A stretch of DNA of 64,000 bases from a virus (lineage: Duplodnaviria > Caudoviricetes): IMG/VR virus record IMGVR_UViG_3300028833_000144, positions 10,008 through 74,007 of that record; one strand, written 5' to 3'. The translations under genes and the position numbers were made by a program. Below, one piece after another: positions 20,462-30,061 of this stretch (its first letter is position 1; each line of letters begins with the position of its first letter). The notes beneath the pieces are model-generated. The model made no database searches. It saw nothing but the letters and a program-made list of their open reading frames with translations, and was not told the origin of the DNA.

Positions 20462-21502
20462 TTACATTATGTTTTCATCTACTAACTTTTCTACTTGTTC
20501 AAGAATATCGGAATGTTCTTCAAGGAATTTACATACTCCATCCGATCCTTGTATTTGTTTCTCTGCTCCAGGTATTGTGTACCATGCTCCTGCTTGAGAA
20601 ATAACGGAAAGCTTAATTGCCATATCAACAAGGTCTTTTAAGTAATCTATTCCTTTACTAAATACCAAAGTACAGAATCCTGATCTTCTATCCGGTGCGC
20701 CTGTCTTTATCTTTGTAATCAAAGTCTGAATCTTCATGCCGTAAGGAGATTCAGTATAGCTAGGTAATTCTTTACCCTTCTCGTCAATGTAAATACCCTT
20801 GCCTACGTTAATACGAAGTGAAAGAGCATACTTCCATGCTCGTCCTCCAGGTGTTCTCTTACCACCATGCTGACTGTTGATAATGTCACGTTCTTGGTTA
20901 ATGCCTACGATAGTACAGTTATACTTTTGAAGCAGTCCTGTAACTCTGTTGGAAAAACGTGAGATAGGTGCGGAAGCTCCTCCGTAAGTCTTATCCTCAT
21001 AACTCTTCTTGGGATCAAGTTCGGCAGCGGACACCATAGCAGCAATACTGTCTATAACTACAAAACCTACATCTCCTGTCTTAATGGAGGCTTCTACAAT
21101 ATCAAATATCTTCTCTGCTGACTGCTTTTCTTTTGGTTGGAAAAGATACATGGAATCTATATCTACTCCGAGAAGTTCTGCCCATTCAGTATTAAGGGAA
21201 TTTTCAACGTCACAATAGAAAACGGAACGCTCGATGTAATTATCGTCCTCTTCTGCTTTGCGTCTTTCTATCGCTTGGAAATTAGCAACAAGGTCAAGAG
21301 CTAATGTTGTCTTTCCTCCGTATTCATCTCCGTATAATTCTGTTATTCTCTCGACCGGAATACCACCTCTAGTACAGTAATTCAGTCTTGGAGATGTAAA
21401 AGGAATCTTCTCATAGTTATAATGAGCAAGTCCTTTAAACATAATCTCTTCTTTTGCGTCTTTATTAAATTCCTTAATAAGTGCGTCCATTTTGGAACTC
21501 AT
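20462..21502 (-). CDS. recA: RecA/UvsX-like recombinase
   Basis: GGIPVERITELYGDEYGGKTTLAL, DVENSL, VVIDSIAAM, INQER, TPGGRAWKYA. Confidence 0.92.
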   Translation of the reverse strand: MSSKMDALIKEFNKDAKEEIMFKGLAHYNYEKIPFTSPRLNYCTRGGIPVERITELYGDEYGGKTTLALDLVANFQAIERRKAEEDDNYIERSVFYCDVENSLNTEWAELLGVDIDSMYLFQPKEKQSAEKIFDIVEASIKTGDVGFVVIDSIAAMVSAAELDPKKSYEDKTYGGASAPISRFSNRVTGLLQKYNCTIVGINQERDIINSQHGGKRTPGGRAWKYALSLRINVGKGIYIDEKGKELPSYTESPYGMKIQTLITKIKTGAPDRRSGFCTLVFSKGIDYLKDLVDMAIKLSVISQAGAWYTIPGAEKQIQGSDGVCKFLEEHSDILEQVEKLVDENIM

Positions 21503-21510
21503 TTTAAAAT

Positions 21511-21975
21511 TTACCTCCTTACTAATTCTGCAATTCCTCTGATCGTGAATAATTCCTCACAAAATTCTTCCCATTCTTTCTCATTATCCCATTCGTTAAA
21601 CGCTCCATGATAGCTATATTCGCCTGCAACATAGTTTTCACATATCTCTACTATCTGACGGTAAGTAAGCGTTATTTGCCCTGTTACAAGCGTTCCTAAA
21701 GGCATCTTCTGAATCCATTGTCTGTTGGAATACCTTTTTGAAACTTTAAATCTCTCTTTTTGTGTTTCTGTATAGCCAGGAGCGAATGTATCAAAGCAAA
21801 AAGATAACTCCTCTGTCGGAAGTATAAAATTACTTCTCTCATAAGTTACTACTTCGGAATCAAGCCACCAATAAATAGGTGCTTGGATAGTAAAGATCAA
21901 TACAGGGTTTCTTTTAAATAAGAAAAACCCTGTATCAACTAATTTATTGGATTCAATGTTTAGAATTTTAAGCAT
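21511..21975 (-). CDS. Degenerate ThyX-like phage protein
   Basis: IQAPIYWW...MPLG...ITLTYRQ...EWEEFCEEL resembles the phage APLYWW..EWREFC family. Confidence 0.4.
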   Translation of the reverse strand: MLKILNIESNKLVDTGFFLFKRNPVLIFTIQAPIYWWLDSEVVTYERSNFILPTEELSFCFDTFAPGYTETQKERFKVSKRYSNRQWIQKMPLGTLVTGQITLTYRQIVEICENYVAGEYSYHGAFNEWDNEKEWEEFCEELFTIRGIAELVRR

Positions 21976-22486
21976 TGCCTATCCTCGATAACTTCATTTC
22001 ATCTTGCCTGCGTGAAATTACTTTCTTAATGCTTGCAAGTAATTCCATAGCATTTTCTATCTTTGCTTTAGCAGTCTTATAAGCACTTGTATATGCTATG
22101 CTTACCACACTCTCTTTAAGGCTTTGAAGCTCTGCCGTGTTAGTCTTATCCTGTGCAGTTCCTTTTTTGCAATTAAGCCTGTATGTGTTAAATGCTTCTT
22201 TGTATGTGGTCTTTGCCACTCCGTCACGGACACCTATTCTTTCTGCACCCTCTCCGGCAAAGTAGATCAATGTGGAAAGATTAAGACAATAATCATCAAG
22301 TTCGGAATCTGTTGGTGGATTCTTCTTGTCTTGCAGCTTTGTCTGAATCTTCTTAACATATTCATCAAGGTCTTTCATAAAAGGCTCTGTGATTTCATCT
22401 ACAATTTCATCTATGTATGATGAATTAATCTGAACGTCATTAGATATATTCTTAATCTGATTCAGAATTATCGGTTCTATCTTGCT
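21968..22486 (-). CDS. UvsY-like helical recombination mediator candidate
   Basis: All-helical with ASIKKVISRR tail; lies between RecU and RecA. Confidence 0.4.
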   Translation of the reverse strand, partial: SKIEPIILNQIKNISNDVQINSSYIDEIVDEITEPFMKDLDEYVKKIQTKLQDKKNPPTDSELDDYCLNLSTLIYFAGEGAERIGVRDGVAKTTYKEAFNTYRLNCKKGTAQDKTNTAELQSLKESVVSIAYTSAYKTAKAKIENAMELLASIKKVISRRQDEMKLSRIGNA

Positions 22487-22908
22487 CATGTTCTGTAACC
22501 TCCTCTTCAATAATAGGTAATTCTATGCACTCCAGGTAATCCGCAGGAATAAGGTATGTAGCACCTTCTAGGTCAAAGCAAGTGAGAACAGGGTAAATTT
22601 CATTAGAACAGTAGGATTCTACTGTCATACCCTTTAATTCTCCTCTATATACTTTGTAAACATATGTCTTTTTCATAAGAACTTATCCTTTAGGTGTAAC
22701 GTCTTTTGCATTTGCCATTCTCAATCTATCTTCGTCTGTTTCAAAATAAGCCGTAAATGTCATATCTTTAAAATTAAAAATATCTACTTGTGACTTATCA
22801 ATAACCTTCTGATTAGAAAACCATTCATTTATCTCGTTTGTAGCATCATGTATCTTATGAAGTTTTCCTTCTTTATCTTTAGAATAAAACTCTAATTTCC
22901 CCATACCT

Positions 22909-23397
22909 TCAACATTCATATAACCTCCTCAAAAAATTCTCCATGTCATATTCAAAGTACACTCTCTTTTTCTTACCTTGAATTACTATGTGTCTGATGC
23001 GTTCTGTATGTTTATCTTGTATATTTTTAATATTGATAGATTTATTTCCAATATCTCTCCAAAACGCAATCTCATTTATAGGAATCCAAACTGTTAAATC
23101 ATGGTCAATAAACCAAACTATTACTCCTGCTAACACTCCATTTATTTTTGACTTTTCTAACATTCCAGTTATCTGTTCTTCTCTAATACAAGAGAACGGA
23201 AGAGTATTACCCTTATGTGACTTACATTCAACGTATATCTGATGTGGATATTTATAAACGATAAAATCAGAAGGATTATCTACATTCTTTAACTTCTTTG
23301 GTGCGTCACGAAGTCTGTCTATTGATACATCTTCTACTTCTTCAAAGGATCGCTTGATTACGTCCTCGAAAATCTTTCCTTTGTTTGCTCTAGCCAT
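22909..23397 (-). CDS. recU: RecU-like Holliday junction resolvase
   Basis: GKIFE, PSDFIVY, YVECKS, IREEQ; ATG at 23397 has a GAGGT RBS. Confidence 0.8.
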   Translation of the reverse strand: MARANKGKIFEDVIKRSFEEVEDVSIDRLRDAPKKLKNVDNPSDFIVYKYPHQIYVECKSHKGNTLPFSCIREEQITGMLEKSKINGVLAGVIVWFIDHDLTVWIPINEIAFWRDIGNKSINIKNIQDKHTERIRHIVIQGKKKRVYFEYDMENFLRRLYEC

Positions 23398-23495
23398 ATT
23401 TACCTCATTATTAATCCGGCTATAACGGTCGGACACCACTCCGGCTATGAATTGCACATAATTAATATAAGGAGGTTTCACATGAAAGTGAAACG

Positions 23496-23569
23496 TGGCT
23501 GCCGTTGTAGGTACTGCCCCTACGCTAGAAGTGCCAAAAACTCCTGTACTGCTTTTATACTAAACGGCA
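23496..23569 (-). tRNA. tRNA-Gln(TTG) with non-canonical D and T loops, encoded CCA
   Basis: Folded by hand: acceptor TGCCGTT/AACGGCA+G+CCA; anticodon arm GGAGT-TTTTGGC-ACTTC; T arm GTAGG-GGCAGTA-CCTAC. Confidence 0.8.
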
Positions 23570-23571
23570 AT

Positions 23572-23907
23572 TTACCAACTACAATAATCAGATATACATT
23601 TGTTATAGTATTCTAAATCGTTTCCTTTAAGATTCTGCCTACAATGATTATCTATCTGTTCCCACATCGACTGATACAGTTTACATATCCACTTTTCCTT
23701 ATCATAATGCTCGTAAACTTTCCAATTTACTGCCATTGATAATTCGGTTATGAAAATAGGATCATGCCTGTTCTCGACAAATAATCTGTCATAGGTGTTG
23801 GCAATAGCGGAAATACCAAAAGGCTCTGCCATACTTAACTCAACATAAAAACTCTTATGAGGTTTATATCCCGTAAGTTGTTCGATCTTCCAATCCTTTA
23901 TTGCCAC
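23572..23907 (-). CDS. Conserved phage hypothetical protein
   Basis: SMAEPFG...TELSMAVNWKVYEHY motif family. Confidence 0.65.
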   Translation of the reverse strand: MAIKDWKIEQLTGYKPHKSFYVELSMAEPFGISAIANTYDRLFVENRHDPIFITELSMAVNWKVYEHYDKEKWICKLYQSMWEQIDNHCRQNLKGNDLEYYNKCISDYCSW

Positions 23908-23928
23908 TCAATTAACCTCCTTACACTA

Positions 23929-23960
23929 AACATTATAGTAAATGTTCGTAAGAAGTTCAA
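23929..23960 (-). promoter_or_regulatory. sigmaA promoter with operator-like inverted repeat
   Basis: TTGAAC-17-TATAAT; AACATT-N6-AATGTT across the -10. Confidence 0.7.
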
Positions 23961-24769
23961 GCACTAAAAGCAGACCATTCATTTTCAATATCAGAAAGCC
24001 ATTCATAGAATAAATCCTCTGTGGAATCTGCATCAGAAATGTCTTGCAAGTAATCTCCGGTTATTGCCATAAGTCTGCAATAGATAACGGGATTATTTGC
24101 TGTTTGTACCTGTTCTGAACAAGCCTGTTTAAATGCTTTCCAAAGAATGTGCAAGGGGAATCTGTCATCATTATCGTTGTATGCGTTTATAAGGCTATTC
24201 TCGTCAGTTTTAAGGGTATTCAGTATATCTCTTACACTCTTTCTTAATAATTCGGTATTCAGTTCACACATCTCTTTTACCTCTCCTATATTTGTGGCTA
24301 CTTCCAGGATATATTCTTTTTCTTCATCGGGAAGATCAATGTCATTAAGGTAATCGCATTTATCTTCATAAGAATAGGATTCCATAATGTAAGTTACTGC
24401 ATTATTCTTTATCTTTAGCGGAATGTTATTCAGATTCTCGCAAGTAAGAATAAAGTATGCTTCGTAAGGCAGGTCTTTTATCGTATAAAGCAGAAGCTTT
24501 GTAGTTTCCTCTGATATATTATCGCACTCTGTAAGGACATAAAGCATAGGCATGGCAGGTGCTACTTGATATGCTAGTTCAAGTATATGTTCTACTGCAT
24601 GAGATGTAGGTGCTATATAAGTAAGACCATGATCTAAACTTCCGGCAATATAGTTAGCAAGTGTTTTTCTTCCGCTGCCTTTTTCTCCGATGATAATAGA
24701 TACTCTGGGAAATCTGTTTAATTCAACTTGCCTGTCTATTCTTTTAAGAAGTTCTCTTTGTCCGATCAT
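23957..24769 (-). CDS. Clamp-loader (Pol III delta-prime-like) AAA+ protein
   Basis: MIGQ..L, IIIGEKGSGRKTLA; degenerate LLL..E.P/AYFIL region. Confidence 0.7.
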   Translation of the reverse strand: MIGQRELLKRIDRQVELNRFPRVSIIIGEKGSGRKTLANYIAGSLDHGLTYIAPTSHAVEHILELAYQVAPAMPMLYVLTECDNISEETTKLLLYTIKDLPYEAYFILTCENLNNIPLKIKNNAVTYIMESYSYEDKCDYLNDIDLPDEEKEYILEVATNIGEVKEMCELNTELLRKSVRDILNTLKTDENSLINAYNDNDDRFPLHILWKAFKQACSEQVQTANNPVIYCRLMAITGDYLQDISDADSTEDLFYEWLSDIENEWSAFSA

Positions 24770-26543
24770 TCTTTATTCTCCCTATACATCTCACAAAATC
24801 CTCTAGCAGTAACTTCAAGAACGAATCCGTCTTTTTCGTTTGCTAATGCTATACAACAATTAGTTATCGTAAAGCCTTTGCCTTGAATAAAGTCTTTCTT
24901 TAATTCTCTACAATAAACACATGATTTACAATTCATCATTCTCTCCATATTGTTTCTACTAAATCTATTATCCATTTAATAACAAAGTACATTATTGTCA
25001 TAGAACATAGAACTATTAACAACGTATCAACTATCTCTATCATTCTTTGTTCTTGCCACCTACATCATCAAATAATAACTTTACCAATACTGTCAGACAT
25101 AATGCCTGTTCATAATTTAATTTTGAAAATCCACATACATCGGGAATAACACAATTCCACATTAACATTACAGGCAAGGCATATAACAAGCATAAAATAA
25201 TAAATGCTATTATTGCTATTACTACTTCTTTCATGTCTTATTCTCCTTCTGCTTTGGGTAATAAACGACCATATCCCCGTTCTTTAACCATATTGTCATT
25301 CCTTCTTTATCTGCTTGAAACACCTCATAACATACAGGTCTATAATCGTCTACCTCTGCTAAAGGAAAAGTGCTGTGAAACTTATTTAAACATTCTTTAA
25401 AGGTCATTCTCTGTCTCCTTATCTGCTTCTATAATTGTTGAAGCGTTATCAATGGCAATAACAGGAACTACTTTAATTACTCCTTCATATTCAACACCAT
25501 TCCAACTGTCGTGGTCTATTGAAAATAATTTAATATAATCAGCATCTTTCAATCTTCCGTGTCCTTTTGGAACTGGTGTGCCGTTTGCGATTGCCTGTGC
25601 TATCATGTCCATTCCTGCATCACCAAGCATAGGGGGTCTGCCTTTGTAACATTCATATATTTCATCGGGAATATCAATTATCAGTTTCATTCTCTGTACC
25701 TCTCAAACTCTTTTTAAATTCTCTTATTGTGTCTATATTACGCTTTAACATTTCTAGGTTTATTAAAGCCTGTATATTATTCTCTTCTAAAGGTACAACT
25801 TCTCCTTCGTCAAGAACTATCATGTGAGTAATAAGAGGTTTTGCATCTATATCATGCAAATTACCGTCTTTATCTCTTATACAGACTGTACTAAACTCTT
25901 TGTCTATAAAATCGTGATCTATTATTGCTATGTATTTCATATTTCTAAATCACCTTAATACCTTATTATCGTTCCTTTCCCATTATGTTTATTTACCCAG
26001 TCGATTACTTCTTTGTAATTAAGACCACCTTGTTCTTTAGGACGCATTACAAAATCGTATATTTGAGGGTGTGTTATCTTCATTATCATTCTCTGTCTTA
26101 TCAAGCATGAGCATTTCATCTCGTACCTTCTGATACTCTTCAAAATCTTTATCGTTAAGATAGATTTTTGATCCACAAAAAGCACAATTCATTTCCCCAC
26201 GAGAACTAATACGATATTCAGAACCACAATTATCGCAACGAATACAAAATAGCTTACTTCTCATTTATTAACCTCCTTATGTTAAACATTATAATAAATG
26301 TTTAGTGTAAAATCAAGGATTTTTCATGTAATTCAAACACCATTTTTCAAAGTCTTGGTGTGACATAGGATCAACAGTATAATTTCTAAATTCAGACTGA
26401 AATTGCTCCATGTCATAAACAGTAATAGAAGCGATACCTAACATTTCATGGTAATTAAAGCCATATTTGCCTACTTCATATGTATCTAAATGACATTGTA
26501 AGCTTTGTAATCTTTTTAACTCTTTTAATTCATCGTTTGTCAT
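24766..26543 (-). CDS. Run of small hypothetical genes (24766-24975, 25040-25234 membrane, 25397-25690, 25674-25940, 26037-26264 Zn-ribbon, 26313-26543)
   Basis: Coupled ORFs with RBS. Confidence 0.65.
26284..26316 (-). promoter_or_regulatory. sigmaA promoter with the same operator-like repeat
   Basis: TTGATT-17-TATAAT; AAACATT-N6-AATGTTT. Confidence 0.75.
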
Positions 26544-27271
26544 TTTACTTCTCCCCCAAACATCTTTGCTATCTCTGCTTCTCTTTTAGGAATGTAAATA
26601 TCAAGTGCTTTTTTAAGCTCTGCTAATTCTCCTTTATCTTCCCAAAAGATACTCATTGTGTCTTTGTCCGGATCACGTTGTTTATTACAAATAGAGCCAC
26701 CAAGCCACTTATCAATATGATTAACTACATTAGGTGCAAGATTTATTTCCTCAATGCTGCCATGATTATCATAGAGCCATTCACGAAAGATAAGATCATC
26801 ACTATTATTTCTCTTAACCGCCCCCTTAAAGTGCTGACTTTGCCACAAATTTCCATTCGCCCAATTAGCAAAAGAAGTAGTAAGAACAGTAGAAATATTT
26901 ATGCAAGGAAAAGAATACCACATCTTATGTTCTTCTAATTTGAATGTTCCTGCCTGCGGTTCTTTATCATATCCACAAGTAAAACCACATACTATCTCAT
27001 GGTTTTCGTATTCCTCTGTAATTTTCTTAAAGTCCTTACTGATAACAACATCATCTTGTAAGTGCCATACATTCTTTATTCTTGCGTATCGTGCTTGAAA
27101 AGATAATCTGTTACAGGAATCCACCCAGGCTCTTAAATTGCCTATTCTATTCTTATCACGATATACAAGAATGTGATCCTGGTTAATACCCTGCTTAATC
27201 ATTGAGGGTAAAAGAAAATCTTTAACGTACCAATACCGATCCTCACAAGTATGAATCATATAATAAGCCAT
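26540..27271 (-). CDS. Putative glycosyltransferase (GT-A-like)
   Basis: WHLQDDVVIS (DxD-like), WYSFPCI and NVVNHID; start at 27271 by TAATG coupling. Confidence 0.55.
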   Translation of the reverse strand: MAYYMIHTCEDRYWYVKDFLLPSMIKQGINQDHILVYRDKNRIGNLRAWVDSCNRLSFQARYARIKNVWHLQDDVVISKDFKKITEEYENHEIVCGFTCGYDKEPQAGTFKLEEHKMWYSFPCINISTVLTTSFANWANGNLWQSQHFKGAVKRNNSDDLIFREWLYDNHGSIEEINLAPNVVNHIDKWLGGSICNKQRDPDKDTMSIFWEDKGELAELKKALDIYIPKREAEIAKMFGGEVK

Positions 27272-27423
27272 TACTCTTCCTCCTTTTTTATCCACTCGTT
27301 ATAACAAGCTATAAACTCTTCTTTTGTAATAACGGGTTCGCTTCGCATCATAGAATGGTCGTGTTCAACAGGAATCATTCTACACATTACATCTTTGATT
27401 ATCTGAAATTTAGGCTTATTCAT
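27271..27423 (-). CDS. 50 aa hypothetical protein (VITKEEFIACY motif; not in ORF track)
   Basis: ATGA and TAATG coupling on both sides. Confidence 0.55.
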   Translation of the reverse strand: MNKPKFQIIKDVMCRMIPVEHDHSMMRSEPVITKEEFIACYNEWIKKEEE

Positions 27424-28064
27424 CTGTAAATTTCTCCACCCTCAAATTTCTTAATATCTTCCGGTGTATCAATATCACAAGTGTAATCGTTGATAACCGT
27501 GTAGTTTGTATAATCTATCTTTGCTAAAGGTGTATGCTTGATGACCTGCCACAATTCCCATGATACAGGCTGTCTATAAAACTTGCCCTGTTTCTCATAC
27601 TCTTTCGTTTCCTCGATAGCTTCAAAGAATCTCTTTGTATCAATTACCTTATACGCAAAAGGCTCTGCCCATTCCTTACAGTAATTCTTTGCAAAAGGAG
27701 GAGCAGAAGCAAAGAACTCAATATCATCTGTTTCAGTTTCAACTATCGTCTTAATAGCATTAGGAGAAAATACTACATCTCCAAAGATATAACAAACAGG
27801 ATCGGTCATAGGGTAAAATCCGTCAAGCCAGGGTGTCTTTGCATCGTTATTCTTCGGAAGATAATAAGGATTTTCATGGTGCAGCACAGGAACGCCAAAC
27901 TGTTCAAAGATAGGATTGTTAGAACTGATAGCAATATCCTCTATTCCATTTTCTCTTAACAGTCTTATTGTCCTTGCTACTAAAGGTTCTCCGTGTATCA
28001 TAGATAAATGCTTAGGCGTTTCCCATTTTTCATAACTGCCACCTGCCATTATAATGTAGATCAT
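27420..28064 (-). CDS. Nucleotidyltransferase (MobA/LicC-like NTP_transf family)
   Basis: IIMAGG...PKHL..IHGEPLVARTI, IFGDVVF, DIDTPED. Confidence 0.8.
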   Translation of the reverse strand: MIYIIMAGGSYEKWETPKHLSMIHGEPLVARTIRLLRENGIEDIAISSNNPIFEQFGVPVLHHENPYYLPKNNDAKTPWLDGFYPMTDPVCYIFGDVVFSPNAIKTIVETETDDIEFFASAPPFAKNYCKEWAEPFAYKVIDTKRFFEAIEETKEYEKQGKFYRQPVSWELWQVIKHTPLAKIDYTNYTVINDYTCDIDTPEDIKKFEGGEIYR

Positions 28065-28357
28065 TTTTGTTTGTCCTCCTTTGCTTGTCTGCCACCTCTG
28101 TTCTTCTCGTTTGCCATGACTACTCTTTTTTGAATACCAAGAACAACATAACCCTCTTTTAATCCCTCATGTTCTTCTGTCTTACTGATAATTTCTTTCT
28201 TTGCTTCTCTGCCTGTGTAATCAAAACTGTCAAATTCACGAAAGATTAACGTATCTCCTATCTTAAACTGTCTGTCATTAGGAAGTATGACGAATGTTGT
28301 AGTATTCTTCCTTAATTTAAGGAGAGTATCGGTATCTACTGAATACTTATAGATCAT
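28061..28357 (-). CDS. ASCH/DUF3850-like protein
   Basis: NDRQFKIGDTLIFREF...YTGRE. Confidence 0.7.
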   Translation of the reverse strand: MIYKYSVDTDTLLKLRKNTTTFVILPNDRQFKIGDTLIFREFDSFDYTGREAKKEIISKTEEHEGLKEGYVVLGIQKRVVMANEKNRGGRQAKEDKQK

Positions 28358-28685
28358 ATTCTGCCTCCAAACTTCTCTTCATAGCCAAGAATGTTTTTTC
28401 GTCAACAAGGTAAAACTGTTCTCCGTCCCCAAAGTCAATTACTAAAGCAGAATAGTCTTTACCCATAGCAAACGCTTCTTCCTTATTTTTCTCTATCCAT
28501 TCACGCTTGATAGAAAAGGATTTACTTTCAGTAGTCTTTGTCTTTGCTTCAAAAAGCCACTTATCTGTTTTTACATCTCCGGCGCAAAACTTTGGCGCAC
28601 CACTATTCGCTACCTGCTTCCCCTGTACTGCTTTCGCTATCTTCTTCTCTTGTCGGTTTGAAAAAAATCGTGTCGGACGGTTCAT
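28347..28685 (-). CDS. PD-(D/E)xK Holliday-junction-resolvase-like nuclease
   Basis: QEKKIAK, NSGA, GDV, LFEAKT. Confidence 0.7.
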   Translation of the reverse strand: MNRPTRFFSNRQEKKIAKAVQGKQVANSGAPKFCAGDVKTDKWLFEAKTKTTESKSFSIKREWIEKNKEEAFAMGKDYSALVIDFGDGEQFYLVDEKTFLAMKRSLEAEYDL

Positions 28686-28849
28686 AATACGGTATTACTC
28701 CTTTAAATCCTTGTTGCATTTACCTCTCCTCATATACTTCTGACAGTTAGGACAATAGATAGGTTGTGTCTTGCACTTATATCCACAAAAGGTACATTCT
28801 CTTATTAACTGTCCGTTGATTACTATATACTTCCAAAGTGTACTGTTCT

Positions 28850-29104
28850 TTACTTCCATTTAATAGTTACCTCCTTTAAGCCTAGTGCATCAAATATACG
28901 GATCATTGACCGGAAAGAAGGGCAAGCCGTTCCGTCCTCTCTGTATATCTCGCATAACGTAGCCGATGATAATTGAGAATCTTTACCTAATTTAATAGTC
29001 GAAATCTTCTTCTCTTCCTTAATTTCTCTTATCTGTCTTGCTACATCATCTCTCGCAAACAACTCAGCAGTATTCATATACTTTCTTTTCTTCCATACAT
29101 TCAT
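28850..29104 (-). CDS. XRE-like HTH protein
   Basis: QLSSATLCEIY...PSFRSMIRIFDALGL. Confidence 0.65.
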   Translation of the reverse strand: MNVWKKRKYMNTAELFARDDVARQIREIKEEKKISTIKLGKDSQLSSATLCEIYREDGTACPSFRSMIRIFDALGLKEVTIKWK

Positions 29105-29278
29105 TCCTTAATCTCCTCCACTCTCCATGTACTAGGAAGATGTAAAACACTATAATCACATACACAATGAGCATTTAAGATACTGTCATTCTTATTACCA
29201 ATGTTTAACGGACAATTAGTACATACATGATTCCTACAAAACTCTGCTATTGTCTTTGCAGCTTGTACTACTTCCTTT

Positions 29279-29518
29279 TCAGTCTGCGTCATTCTTAATG
29301 TCCTCCTCGATAGAATATCTAGTGATCCTTACCTTCTTACCATTCTTCCTTGCGGTAATGGTAATAGGTTCTCTCTTAATCTTAACCCTGTCTATTCTCT
29401 CAAGTTCTCCTATTCTGGAAGATAATTCAGTAACACCTATCTCCAAGAAAGATTCCATTCTAGTGATACTTCCATGCTCTCTCATGTACTGTAATACTTC
29501 ATGCCTCTGTGATTCCAT
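29279..29518 (-). CDS. Winged-HTH protein
   Basis: VLQYMREHGSIT..E....LSSRIGEL. Confidence 0.7.
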   Translation of the reverse strand: MESQRHEVLQYMREHGSITRMESFLEIGVTELSSRIGELERIDRVKIKREPITITARKNGKKVRITRYSIEEDIKNDAD

Positions 29519-29519
29519 A

Positions 29520-30050
29520 TCAATTTTCCTCCTTAATTCTGTCTAACTGTCTTTCAAGCTTAATATCTTTCATAGCTTTAATATCTCTTTCGGATATTTC
29601 AAGAAGATGTTTAATTTGAGAAATCATAATCTCTACATCTGCAATCTCTTCTTCAATGTGAATTTTCTTAAAAGCTTCGAGATCATTCGATCTTCTGTAC
29701 TTACTTACTGCCTGTATCAACTCTGAACATTCTTCCTGTAATATATCGAGTTGAGAATCCTTACCGTAATGTTCTGCTATCTTAATGATTCTCTTATCTA
29801 CCTTTGCCTTTTTATCAAAGCCTCCGATATTAAAATAACTTTCACAATGCAAAGCATCTTCTGTCTGACTGTCCATAGGAATCTTGTTATCTTCCATAAC
29901 AAAGCGGTATGATCCACCCTCTCCGCTACCATCTCCGCATTGAAGATTATGGTAAGTAAGATAATGTCCGTCCTCGCTTATCCTCAAACTGTCATGCTTG
30001 TTACTGCCATAGGTATGAACAGTCCCGTTACATAAATCAAGAATCTTCAT
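29520..30050 (-). CDS. MazG-like NTP pyrophosphohydrolase with N-terminal fused domain
   Basis: QEECSELIQAVSKY..EEIADVEIM. Confidence 0.7.
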   Translation of the reverse strand: MKILDLCNGTVHTYGSNKHDSLRISEDGHYLTYHNLQCGDGSGEGGSYRFVMEDNKIPMDSQTEDALHCESYFNIGGFDKKAKVDKRIIKIAEHYGKDSQLDILQEECSELIQAVSKYRRSNDLEAFKKIHIEEEIADVEIMISQIKHLLEISERDIKAMKDIKLERQLDRIKEEN

Positions 30051-30061
30051 TAAAAACCTCC

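Noticed and set aside
23400-23470. Second degenerate tRNA (ATAGCCGGA repeat, GTGCAATTC)
   Set aside because: I could not fold a cloverleaf.
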